64,000 nucleotides of DNA, taken from assembly GCA_963744145.1 (NCBI GenBank), contig CAVUSO010000001.1, positions 4,672,001 to 4,736,000 of the forward strand, written 5' to 3'. The notes under the pieces were generated by a model. That model was not told where the DNA came from. It saw only the letters and a list, made by a program, of their open reading frames with translations, and did no database searches. The position numbers and the translations under genes are program-made. Shown here in pieces: positions 29,838-38,956 of this stretch. Within the stretch, counting starts at the first letter, position 1, and each line of letters opens with the position of its first letter. The DNA comes from an uncultured cyanobacterium. GTDB taxonomy: Bacteria; Cyanobacteriota; Cyanobacteriia; Cyanobacteriales; CAWUOF01.

Positions 29838-30263
29838 TCAAATCGGGATCGATTCCTTGCGATCGCAAATAAGCAGCCAATCGTTCTTTCTGTTGCTGTT
29901 GTGCCCATTACCACTGGCTAATTCGATCGCAATTAAGGGCACACTATATTCGCGCCAGATCACATAAGAACGGCGAATTTGACCGTCTAAGAGGGGTAGA
30001 ACGTTAGGGACATAGAACCAATCCGGTGCTTCTGCTCCCCGTTCGGTCGGATCAGTTTCCCGCCAGTATATCCCACTATCTTGTCCGATCGCATATTGAC
30101 CATCTGGATGGAGAGTTTGTAATGTAGTTTCCAGAGAGTCAGTCAGCAAGATACATTGGGGATGTTCTTGAAAGTTTTTCACGAAAGTGCCGTCGGATTC
30201 AGGTAATTGAGTATGATCTGGAAAAGGAGGGGGTAAGATGGTGGGGTCAAGACTTATGCCCAT
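29838..30263 (-). pseudogene. Uma2 family endonuclease, internally deleted
   Basis: Homologous to 39356..40123 up to IELASGNG, then jumps out of frame to the terminal KERLAAYLRSQGIDP DNA. Confidence 0.85.
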
Positions 30264-30391
30264 AGTTCTGAGCGATCCACAACAGGAATGACGAGATGCT
30301 TGATTTAAGTATAGCAATTTGAGATTGAGCAGTTTAATACTTACTACTAAAAAATCAATCCAAACAGCGAATATATAGAGGAGATCCACCA

Positions 30392-30709
30392 GTGAAAATT
30401 GAAATTGATGGTCAAGATGCGGTTAGCGCTGCTGAGGAATTGCTGAGAATTGAAGGGCTTGAAGGTAGTTATAAAATAGTTGATGAAGTGGAGCGAGAAG
30501 GAATATTAGCTACGATCGCTACAATCGTAGGGATTGCCAGTGGTACGGTGACAATTGCTAAAGAGATATATGAGTGGTATCAGAAATACCAGAAGTCTCA
30601 AGGGGCAAAGGCAAAAATTGAGAAAGTTTTAATTATTGGTTCTAATAATCGTCGTTTGTTGCTCAAGGATGCGACGGTAGAGCAGATTCAGAAGATTCTA
30701 GAAGATTAG
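30392..30709 (+). CDS. Small single-TM protein co-encoded with CHAT protease (EACC1-like candidate), copy 1
   Basis: GGAG RBS plus GTG start; hydrophobic ILATIATIVGIASGTVTIA segment; duplicated at 35233. Confidence 0.75.
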   Translation: MKIEIDGQDAVSAAEELLRIEGLEGSYKIVDEVEREGILATIATIVGIASGTVTIAKEIYEWYQKYQKSQGAKAKIEKVLIIGSNNRRLLLKDATVEQIQKILED

Positions 30710-30719
30710 GACAGAAACC

Positions 30720-33700
30720 ATGAAAATCCTCCACATTAGTTTAACTGAACTGGGTAAGGATTATGCTGCTTTGCGTTACTTTTGGGAGAATCCTCCTGAT
30801 TACAAGGAACACAGATTACCTCTGGCTGAAATTAAAGATTTAGGCAATCAATCAGAAGCTGATTACTATACTCGTATTCCTGTGGATTATGCTACTACCG
30901 GACAATCACTCTATAACTGGTTAGATCAGAGTGATCGCTTGTTAGCTAATGCTTTAAATCAGCCTCGTCAGGACGGGTTAGTAATTGCGATCGCGACGGA
31001 TAAAGGACTAGCAAAGTTGCCTTGGGAATTGTTGCATGATGGGAATTGTTTCTTAGTAGAGAAAAGACCTGCAATTATTCCGGTGCGGTGGGTGTCTAAT
31101 GGTCAACCGATCGCGATCGCTAACTCTCCACAAAATCGACCTCTTAATCTGTTATTTATGGCGACTTCGCCTTTAGGAGTTGAACCAGAATTAGAGTATG
31201 AAGCGGAAGAAGGGCAAATTTTAAAGACAACCCATACTCCAGTAAACTTGATAGTAGAAGAAAGTGGCTGTTTAACTGAATTGGGTCGTCTGGTTCGAGA
31301 ATATGAAAAAGGATATTTTGATATTTTTCATTTAACAGGTCATGCAACTACTGATGGGGGAAAACCCTGCTTTTTGACTGAAGACGAATACGGCAACCGA
31401 GTTGATAGCAGTACCGCCAAAATATACGATGAGCTGACATCTCCCTTACCGTCTTTAATTTTCCTCTCTGGTTGTCGAACTGGTTATTCTTCTGAGGGGA
31501 CAGTTCTCTTAATGGCCGAAGAATTATTAAAGATGGGAGGAACAGCAATTTTAGGATGGGGGGAAAGAGTCCGCGATACCCATGCAACAGCGGCTGCGAG
31601 TAAATTGTATTGTCATTTGGCTCAAGGGGACGCGATTACAGATGCACTATCTTTTACCTACAAAACCTTGATTAATGACCAGGTACAAGAGTGGCATAAA
31701 TTACGGTTATATGTGGCAAATACCTTACCCCAGGCGTTAGTAACTCCTTTAAGAACAAAGGGACGCAAACAATTGCCCAAACCGACGACAACAATCGAAT
31801 TTAGGGATGATGAACAACGGTTAAGGGTGGCAAAGAGAGAAGATTTTGTTGGTCATCGCCGCCAGTTACAGAACTGTTTGCGAACTCTGAAGCGAGATCA
31901 GGAAAAAGTAGGGGTATTAATTCATGGGATGGGGGGATTAGGAAAAAGTAGTATTGCCTCGCGATTGTGGGATAGACTACCTGAACATGAAAAAGTTTTC
32001 TGGTGGCGACAAATTGATGACTCCAACTTGATAAAAAAGCTATCATCCAAATTAATAAAAACCGAGTTACGGGCTATTCGTAATGATTTAAACACTAGCG
32101 ATGACAGTTTAGAAATAAAACTCGCTAATTTATTCAATCAATTGGCAGAACTGGGCGAAAACCCGTTTCTCTTGATTCTTGATGATTTTGAATGGAATCT
32201 CGAACCCCGTCAAGGTCGATTTATTCTCAAGCCTGAAGTTGCGACAGTTTTGTCAGCATTAGTCTGGGCAATCCAAGAGACGGGAACTGGGCATCGGATT
32301 TTGATTACCTGTCGCTATGAGTTTAATTCTGAGTTATTGGAATTTTTCTTCTCACAAGGTCTAGAATCTTTTAAAAAAGCTGAATTAACTAAAAAGCTGA
32401 ATCGCCTAGAACATTTTAGTTCTGGTAAGCTCTCTGAATATCTACGCGATCGGGCGCTAAGTTTAGCCGATGGCAATCCTCGTTTACTGGAATATCTCAA
32501 TGATGAAGTTTTAGGTAAACCAGATGCAGCAGCTAAATTAATCGAGCTAGAACAAAGTCCTGAACTGTGGAAAGACAAAATTATTTGGGAGGAACTGTAT
32601 AAGGTTATTGATGAGCCATTACAACGGGTTATTAGCCATTGCCTAATCTACCAAATTCCTGTACCGATGATAGCTTTAGAAGGAGTTTGTGGCTCTCCCG
32701 TAATAGCGTTGGAAAATCCCGTTTTTCGGCAGGGGAGAGCACGGAGCAGGGTAGAAGCTTATCACATAAGCTTATGGAACTTAAATAATTTTTACTTATC
32801 ACCGCAAGTACGGGACAACCGAGTTTGTGACGCTCTTCCTAATTACCAACAACAGTTACAACGGGGTCAAAAACTGGGGCTTATTGAAATTAGTCCTGAA
32901 ATTCAAGAAGAAAATCAAGTCTATTATGTCTCTCGAATTTTACCTCATATAATTCCCAATATTCGACTTTCTGAAGCACCAGAAGTTTATTCGTTGTACA
33001 AGAATGCTCATGAAATATTACATGAGTTATGGGGAAAAATTTACAATGAAAGTAAAGAAAAGTGGCAGGAGATTTTTCGGTTATTGTTTGCGGATAAAGA
33101 AAATCCAGAGCGATTCAGACAGGGATTCTTTAAAATGTTGGCAGTTCAATGCCATTTAGAAGCAGATGAAGCCTTAGAATCAGAAATGAGGAAACTAAAA
33201 GATGAGTTGTCAACGGAGAATTTTTGCGGTCAACTAGAGAACTATTTAAGTCAAAAAGAATGGAGAAAAGCTGATGAGGAAACTGCTTGGATCTTTTATC
33301 AAATGATGGTGCAGAAAGGCTACAAAAATTGGGATGAGTTATGTAAAAACTTTCCCAATGAAATCCTCAACCAGATTGACCAGCTTTGGGTTGATAACAG
33401 TAAAGGACGCTTTGGATTCAGTATTCAAAAACAAATTTGGGAAAGTGTTAATTCAGAAACACGTAAATCGGAAAAATTTGGAAACCTAATAGGTTGGAAT
33501 AAAATAGTAACAGAAAAATGCAATTGGATGTACTACAACACTTTGCTATTCTCGACTGAAGCTGCCACTGGAAGCCTTCCAGCCCTTTGTTATATGAAGG
33601 GAGAATTCATCAAGACAAATGGTGGAGTTTGGGTTGGTGGTTGGATGTTTTATTGTGTAGTTGGGTTTGGGTGGTTATGTGAGTGTGGGTGGGTTGGATT

Positions 33701-33737
33701 TCTTCTCTCACGCAAAGATATAAGTTATAAAATATAG
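30720..33737 (+). CDS. CHAT (caspase-like protease) - STAND/NB-ARC-type NTPase - GUN4 domain protein, copy 1
   Basis: LPWELL, FHLTGHA (His), LSGCRT (Cys), Walker A GMGGLGKS, Walker B LILDDFE, GUN4 WRKADEET...IDQLW...GRFGFSIQKQIW. Confidence 0.9.
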   Translation: MKILHISLTELGKDYAALRYFWENPPDYKEHRLPLAEIKDLGNQSEADYYTRIPVDYATTGQSLYNWLDQSDRLLANALNQPRQDGLVIAIATDKGLAKLPWELLHDGNCFLVEKRPAIIPVRWVSNGQPIAIANSPQNRPLNLLFMATSPLGVEPELEYEAEEGQILKTTHTPVNLIVEESGCLTELGRLVREYEKGYFDIFHLTGHATTDGGKPCFLTEDEYGNRVDSSTAKIYDELTSPLPSLIFLSGCRTGYSSEGTVLLMAEELLKMGGTAILGWGERVRDTHATAAASKLYCHLAQGDAITDALSFTYKTLINDQVQEWHKLRLYVANTLPQALVTPLRTKGRKQLPKPTTTIEFRDDEQRLRVAKREDFVGHRRQLQNCLRTLKRDQEKVGVLIHGMGGLGKSSIASRLWDRLPEHEKVFWWRQIDDSNLIKKLSSKLIKTELRAIRNDLNTSDDSLEIKLANLFNQLAELGENPFLLILDDFEWNLEPRQGRFILKPEVATVLSALVWAIQETGTGHRILITCRYEFNSELLEFFFSQGLESFKKAELTKKLNRLEHFSSGKLSEYLRDRALSLADGNPRLLEYLNDEVLGKPDAAAKLIELEQSPELWKDKIIWEELYKVIDEPLQRVISHCLIYQIPVPMIALEGVCGSPVIALENPVFRQGRARSRVEAYHISLWNLNNFYLSPQVRDNRVCDALPNYQQQLQRGQKLGLIEISPEIQEENQVYYVSRILPHIIPNIRLSEAPEVYSLYKNAHEILHELWGKIYNESKEKWQEIFRLLFADKENPERFRQGFFKMLAVQCHLEADEALESEMRKLKDELSTENFCGQLENYLSQKEWRKADEETAWIFYQMMVQKGYKNWDELCKNFPNEILNQIDQLWVDNSKGRFGFSIQKQIWESVNSETRKSEKFGNLIGWNKIVTEKCNWMYYNTLLFSTEAATGSLPALCYMKGEFIKTNGGVWVGGWMFYCVVGFGWLCECGWVGFLLSRKDISYKI
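32691..32820. mobile_element. 130-bp ISL3-like MITE inserted in frame in the CHAT-NTPase-GUN4 gene
   Basis: 8-bp TSD GAGTTTGT (32683-32690 and 32821-32828); imperfect TIRs GGCTCTCCCGTA / TACGGGACAACC; absent from the paralog. Confidence 0.9.
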
Positions 33738-33821
33738 GCTTTTCAGGTATTTTGTCAAGCTAATTTTTTAGTTATTTTTTTACGAAAACATAAATAAGTA
33801 GGCGACTGAACAGCCACCTGG

Positions 33822-33897
33822 CATAGCAATTAGCCATCACAAATTTTTCAGCCACCTGGAGAATTTCTGAATTAGTCGATTTCCGTTCGTCCCAAGA
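33822..33897 (-). pseudogene. 3' fragment of Y1/HUH transposase-like gene
   Basis: High nucleotide similarity to about 38659-38735 (TNSEI.QVAEKFVMANCY). Confidence 0.75.
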
Positions 33898-34079
33898 TAT
33901 TAGTAACAAGTTAAGGTGATGGGTAAATTAGTTGCGATCGCACAATAGTATTAAATTTAATTCCTAACTGACAAATAGAAAGCGCGATCGCATTTTGTGG
34001 GAGAGCTGAGGTGCGATCGCGACTCAAAAAAATATTAATCAGGTATTTATTCTGTTAAAATTTTGAGATTGTTTTGAAT

Positions 34080-34502
34080 TTATAACTGAGTAGGAATAAT
34101 TAAATCTATAATCTGATTTTTATTCTGACGATAAACTAGAAAATCACGATCTAATGTTAATACACAACTGCCAGCAATTAACTCGGTCATTCTCACTAAA
34201 CAAGCATCGGCTAAAGACATTGGTACATTCTGATAACGTTGCAGCAGTTGTCTAATCGTTTCGCTGTCATCATTCAGTTGAAAAGGAATTTGAATAATTT
34301 TTCTACTGATTAAATTTATCACTGCGTCCTGACCTTTATAGACATCTTGCAACAGAAAACAAGTTTCTGTTATTACCCCTTCGCAAGTCAATAAATGTGG
34401 TTCAATTATTTTCCATTGTTCAATTGCCCAGGAATGTAGATTTTCTTTTTTATTAATAAATGCAACTAATACTCCTGTATCTAGTAACACTTTTTTTCTC
34501 AT
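34080..34502 (-). CDS. VapC-type PIN domain toxin
   Basis: VLLDTGVLVA, VITET, MSLADACLV, TLDRDF. Confidence 0.9.
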   Translation of the reverse strand: MRKKVLLDTGVLVAFINKKENLHSWAIEQWKIIEPHLLTCEGVITETCFLLQDVYKGQDAVINLISRKIIQIPFQLNDDSETIRQLLQRYQNVPMSLADACLVRMTELIAGSCVLTLDRDFLVYRQNKNQIIDLIIPTQL

Positions 34503-34753
34503 TTTTTACCCATTCCTTTTAGATATTCTTTATTCGTCCCTAAATCACCAGGGCCAAAATCAACAGATCCAGCAAATTCTTGGGCTGCTTCATAAGCAGA
34601 GATGGGTTGTTTTTCCTTAACTTGCTGTTTCTCCTGCTTTTGGGTTTTATATCGCAAAAACTCAATAAATTCCAAAACAGTATCCTGCTGTTCTATTGTT
34701 AGCATTTCAAGATAATCTAAAATTACATCTTTTTTATTGATCCCCATACTCAT
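34499..34753 (-). CDS. Putative antitoxin (DUF2281-like)
   Basis: QDTVLEFIEFL, AGSVDFGPGDL; overlaps the PIN gene start. Confidence 0.8.
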   Translation of the reverse strand: MSMGINKKDVILDYLEMLTIEQQDTVLEFIEFLRYKTQKQEKQQVKEKQPISAYEAAQEFAGSVDFGPGDLGTNKEYLKGMGKK

Positions 34754-34770
34754 AGTTATATTCTCCTAAA

Positions 34771-35094
34771 TTAAATTAAATCGGGATCGATTCCTTGCGA
34801 TCGCAAATAAGCAGCCAATCGTTCTTTCTGTTGTTGTTCTCGATCAGCTCGTACCGTTTCAGCATCAGTCCGTTCGGTCGGATCAGTTTCACGCCAGTAT
34901 ATCCCACTATCTTGTCCGATCGCATATTGACCATCTGGATGAAGATTTTGGAGTGTAGTTGACCGGGAGTCAGTCAGCAAGATACATTGGGCATGTTCTT
35001 GAAAATTTTTCACGAAGGTGCCGTCAGATTCAGGTAATTGAGTATGATTGGGAAAAGGAGGGGGTAAGATGGTGGGGTCAAGACTTTGGACCAT
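34771..35094 (-). pseudogene. Uma2 family endonuclease, large in-frame internal deletion
   Basis: N-terminus up to YWRETDPTER fused directly to the terminal coiled coil. Confidence 0.85.
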
Positions 35095-35232
35095 AGTTCT
35101 GAGCGATCCACAACAGGAATGACGAGATGCTTGATTTAAGTATAGCAATTTGAGATTGAGCAGTTTGTTCAGGTTTAATACTTACTACTAAAAAATTAAT
35201 CCAAACAGCGAATATATAGAGGAGATCCACCA

Positions 35233-35553
35233 GTGAAAATTGAAATTGATGGTCAAGATGCGGTTAGCGCTGCTGAGGAATTGCTGAGAATTGAAGGGCT
35301 TGAAGGTAGTTGTAAAATAGTTGATAAAGTGGAGCGAGAAGGAATATTATTAGCTACGATCGCTACAATCGTAGGGATTACCAGTGGTGCTGTGACCATT
35401 GCTAAAGAAATATATGAGTGGTATCAGAAATACCAGAAATCTCAAGGGGCAAAGGCAAAAATTGAGAAAGTGCTAATTATTGGGTCTAATAATCGTCGTT
35501 TGTTGCTCAAGGATGCGACGGTAGAGCAGATTCAGAAGATTCTAGAAGATTAG
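35233..35553 (+). CDS. Small single-TM protein co-encoded with CHAT protease, copy 2
   Basis: Near-identical to 30392..30709. Confidence 0.75.
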   Translation: MKIEIDGQDAVSAAEELLRIEGLEGSCKIVDKVEREGILLATIATIVGITSGAVTIAKEIYEWYQKYQKSQGAKAKIEKVLIIGSNNRRLLLKDATVEQIQKILED

Positions 35554-35562
35554 GCAGGAACC

Positions 35563-38427
35563 ATGAAAATCCTCCATATTAGTTTAACTGAACAGGGTAA
35601 GGATTATGCTAGTTTGCGTTACTTTTGGAATCATCCTGCTGATTACAAAGAACACAGATTGTCTCTGGCTGAAATTAAAGATTTAGGCAATCAAGCAGAG
35701 ACTGATTACTATACTCGTATTCCTGTGGATTATGCGATTACTGGACAAGCACTCTACAACTGGTTAGATCAGAGCGATCGCGTGTTAGCCAATGCCTTAA
35801 ATCAGCCCCGTCAGGAAGGATTAGTAATTGCGATCGCGACGGATAAAGGAATGGCAAAGTTGCCTTGGGAATTATTGCATGATGGGAAGTGTTTCTTAGT
35901 AGAGAAAAGACCTGCTATTATTCCGGTGCGGTGGGTGCCTAATGGTCAACCGACGATCACGATCGCTAATTCTCCGCAAAATCGACATCTTAATCTGTTA
36001 TTTATGGCCACTTCTCCTTTAGGAGTTGAACCTGAATTAGATTATGAAGCAGAGGAAGGGAAAATTTTAAAGGCGACCCAGCGTACTCCAGTGAATTTGA
36101 GAGTAGAAGAAAGTGGCTCTTTAAGTGAATTGAGTTATCTGGTGCGGAAACAGGAAAAAGACCCAAACCATCCTGATGTTAGCTATTTTGATGTTTTTCA
36201 TTTAACAGGTCATGCAACTTATCAGGAGGGAAAACCCTGCTTTTTGACTGAAGACGAATATGGCAACCGAGTTGATAGTATTACCACAGAAATACGCGAT
36301 GCGCTGACATCTCCCTTACCGCCTTTAATTTTCCTCTCTGGTTGTCGAACTGGTTATTATTCTGAGGAAACAGTTCCCTCAATGGCAGAAGAATTATTAA
36401 AGATGGGAGGAACAGCAATTTTAGGATGGGGGGAAAGAGTCCGTGATACTGATGCAACAGCAGCTGCGTGTAAATTATATTGGCATTTGTCTCAGGGGGA
36501 AGCGGTTACAGATGCTCTATTTTCTACCTATCAAGCCTTGATTCGACAACAAGCACACGATTGGCATAAATTACGGTTATATGTGGCAAATACCTTACCC
36601 CAGATGTTAGTAACTCCTGTAAACACAAGAGGACGAACACAATTGCCTAAACCGAAATTTAGGGATAGTGATCAGCAGTTAAAAGTGGCAAGGGGTGAAG
36701 ATTTTGTTGGTCGTCGCCGTCAGCTCCAGAACTGTTTGCGAATACTAAAGATAGATAATGACAAAGTAGGAGTATTAATTCATGGCATGGGGGGATTGGG
36801 AAAAAGTAGCATTGCCATTCGACTGTCGGATCGGCTATATGAACATGAAAAAGTTCTGTGGCGACAACAAATTGATGCCTCAAGCTTGATAAAAGAGCTA
36901 TCTGATAAATTAATTAAACCAACGTTACGCGATATTCGTGATGATTTAAACAGCAATGACAGATTATATTTTAAGATAGCTAATCTATTCAATCAATTAG
37001 CAGAACTGGGTGAGAAACCGTTTCTCTTGATTCTTGATGAATTTGAATTGAATCTAGAACCCCGTCAAGATCGATACATTCTCAAACCTGAAGTTGCTAC
37101 AGTTTTAGAAGCATTAGTTAGGGCAATCCAAGATACGGGAACTCAAAATCGAATTATTATTACCTGTCGCTATAAGTTTGATTTTAATTTATTGAATTCT
37201 TTTTTCTCTCAAGGTCTAGAAGCTTTTCAAAAAGCTGAATTAACTAAAAAACTGAACCGCTTAGAACATTTTAGTTCTGATCAGCTCTCTCAAGAGCTAC
37301 GCGATCAATCGCTAAGTTTAGCCGATGGCAATCCTCGTTTACTGGAATATCTCAATGATGAAGTTTTAGGTAAACCAGATGCAGCAGCTAAATTAACGGA
37401 ACTAGAACAAAGTCCTGAACAGTGGAAAAACAAAATTATTTGGCCAGACTTGTATAAGCTTATTGATGAGCCTTTACAACAGGTTCTTAGTCATTGCTTA
37501 ATCTATGAAATTCCTGTACCAATGGAAGCTTTAGAAGTAGTTTGTGCTGCTCTTCCTAATTACCAACAGCAATTACATCGAGGGCGTGAACTGGGATTCA
37601 TTGAAATCAGTCCTGACGTTCAAGCAGAAAATCAAGTCTTTCGTTTCTCTCGAATTTTACCTCATATTATTCCTAATATCCGACTTCCTGAAGCACCTGA
37701 AGTTTATTCTTTGTACAAGAAAGCTTATGAAAAGTTACATCAGTTGTGGGGAAACAAACAAAATGAAAGTCCGGAAAAGTGGCAGGAAATTTTTCGGTTA
37801 TTGTTTGCCGATCAAGAAAATCCAGAACGATTCAGACAGGGATTCTATGAGATGTTGGCAGTTCAATATAATTCAGAAGCAGATCAAGCCTTAGAATCAG
37901 ACCTGAGACAACTGAAAAATGAATTATCAACAGATAATCTTTGCCGTCAATTAGAGGATTATTTAAGGCAACAAGAATGGAGAAAAGCTGACGAGGAAAC
38001 TGCCTGGATTTTTTATCAAGTGATGGTGCAGCAAGACTATGAAGATTGGTCCGAGCTATGCAGAAACTTTCCCTGCGAAACCCTCAAGCAGATAGATCAG
38101 CTTTGGGTTGATAACAGTCAAGGACGTTTTGGATTCAGCATTCAAAAGCAAATCTGGGAAAGTGTGGGCGGACATCCTGATGCAAAATATGAAATATATG
38201 AAAAATTTTGTGATAAAGTAGAATGGAGAAAAGAGGGCGAATGGTTGCTTTATAGTAACCTTACTTTTAATAATAACACTACTCCAGAGGGCTACCTCCC
38301 AGTCCTACCGCTCGCTCGCTTTCGCGAGTTTGGGGGTTGGTTGGGATTTATGGGGATGGGATACAAGGGGGATTGGAGATTTGTGAGGGTTGTTGTTGGG
38401 GTGGGTCTCTTCTCTCGCGCAAAGTAA
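35563..38427 (+). CDS. CHAT - STAND NTPase - GUN4 domain protein, copy 2
   Basis: Same motifs as copy 1 (FHLTGHA, LSGCRT, GMGGLGKS, LILDEFE, GUN4 core); divergent C-terminal tip. Confidence 0.9.
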   Translation: MKILHISLTEQGKDYASLRYFWNHPADYKEHRLSLAEIKDLGNQAETDYYTRIPVDYAITGQALYNWLDQSDRVLANALNQPRQEGLVIAIATDKGMAKLPWELLHDGKCFLVEKRPAIIPVRWVPNGQPTITIANSPQNRHLNLLFMATSPLGVEPELDYEAEEGKILKATQRTPVNLRVEESGSLSELSYLVRKQEKDPNHPDVSYFDVFHLTGHATYQEGKPCFLTEDEYGNRVDSITTEIRDALTSPLPPLIFLSGCRTGYYSEETVPSMAEELLKMGGTAILGWGERVRDTDATAAACKLYWHLSQGEAVTDALFSTYQALIRQQAHDWHKLRLYVANTLPQMLVTPVNTRGRTQLPKPKFRDSDQQLKVARGEDFVGRRRQLQNCLRILKIDNDKVGVLIHGMGGLGKSSIAIRLSDRLYEHEKVLWRQQIDASSLIKELSDKLIKPTLRDIRDDLNSNDRLYFKIANLFNQLAELGEKPFLLILDEFELNLEPRQDRYILKPEVATVLEALVRAIQDTGTQNRIIITCRYKFDFNLLNSFFSQGLEAFQKAELTKKLNRLEHFSSDQLSQELRDQSLSLADGNPRLLEYLNDEVLGKPDAAAKLTELEQSPEQWKNKIIWPDLYKLIDEPLQQVLSHCLIYEIPVPMEALEVVCAALPNYQQQLHRGRELGFIEISPDVQAENQVFRFSRILPHIIPNIRLPEAPEVYSLYKKAYEKLHQLWGNKQNESPEKWQEIFRLLFADQENPERFRQGFYEMLAVQYNSEADQALESDLRQLKNELSTDNLCRQLEDYLRQQEWRKADEETAWIFYQVMVQQDYEDWSELCRNFPCETLKQIDQLWVDNSQGRFGFSIQKQIWESVGGHPDAKYEIYEKFCDKVEWRKEGEWLLYSNLTFNNNTTPEGYLPVLPLARFREFGGWLGFMGMGYKGDWRFVRVVVGVGLFSRAK

Positions 38428-38620
38428 TCTGTAAGATATAACAATTTCAGGCCATTTGTCAAGCTTAATTTTGGTACTAATTTTTACGAAAACATCGGCT
38501 TTCCGCCAATTCGATACCTGGCACTGTTCCGTCTGTCCGTTTTGGCTGTCTGTCTGTTGTTGGAATATATATTTTAGACAGAATAAAGACAGAATGGCCA
38601 GGTGACCAGAACAACACAAA

Positions 38621-38956
38621 CTAAGAATCATTGAAAAACTGTGCAGCGACCTTGGGGTCATAGCAATTAGCCATCACAAACTTTTCAGCTACCTGGCGAA
38701 TTTCTGAATTAGTCGGTTCCCATTCATCCCAAGGCAATTTCATCTGTCCAGGAATACGTCTTTTCGTTTCCTTTGCACTCAAAACCTTGGGCAGTAATTT
38801 ACTTCCCCAGTGACAACGGTTTTCCGGTTTGGGTTGAGGTTTATATTTCTTACAGAACTTGCGATATTTCTCGGCACATTCATCCAAACTTTTCCCCAGA
38901 GCCAAAAAAGCAGGATGCCACTGAGTTAGTCCATCATCGCTCAATCGGTCATATAC
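38621..38956 (-). pseudogene. C-terminal half of a cyanobacterial IS200-like/RAYT-like Y1 (HUH) transposase, 5' part lost at a MITE end
   Basis: VYDRLSDDGLTQWHPAFLALG.SLDECAEKYR.FCKKYKP...HWGSKLL matches, from memory, the C-terminus of a cyanobacterial Y1_Tnp family. The HUH motif itself is not present. Confidence 0.65.

Noticed and set aside
30720..38427. Canonical diversity-generating retroelement
   Set aside because: No reverse transcriptase, Avd or template repeat in the window; the two variable tips do not differ in an adenine-specific way. A remote DGR cannot be excluded.
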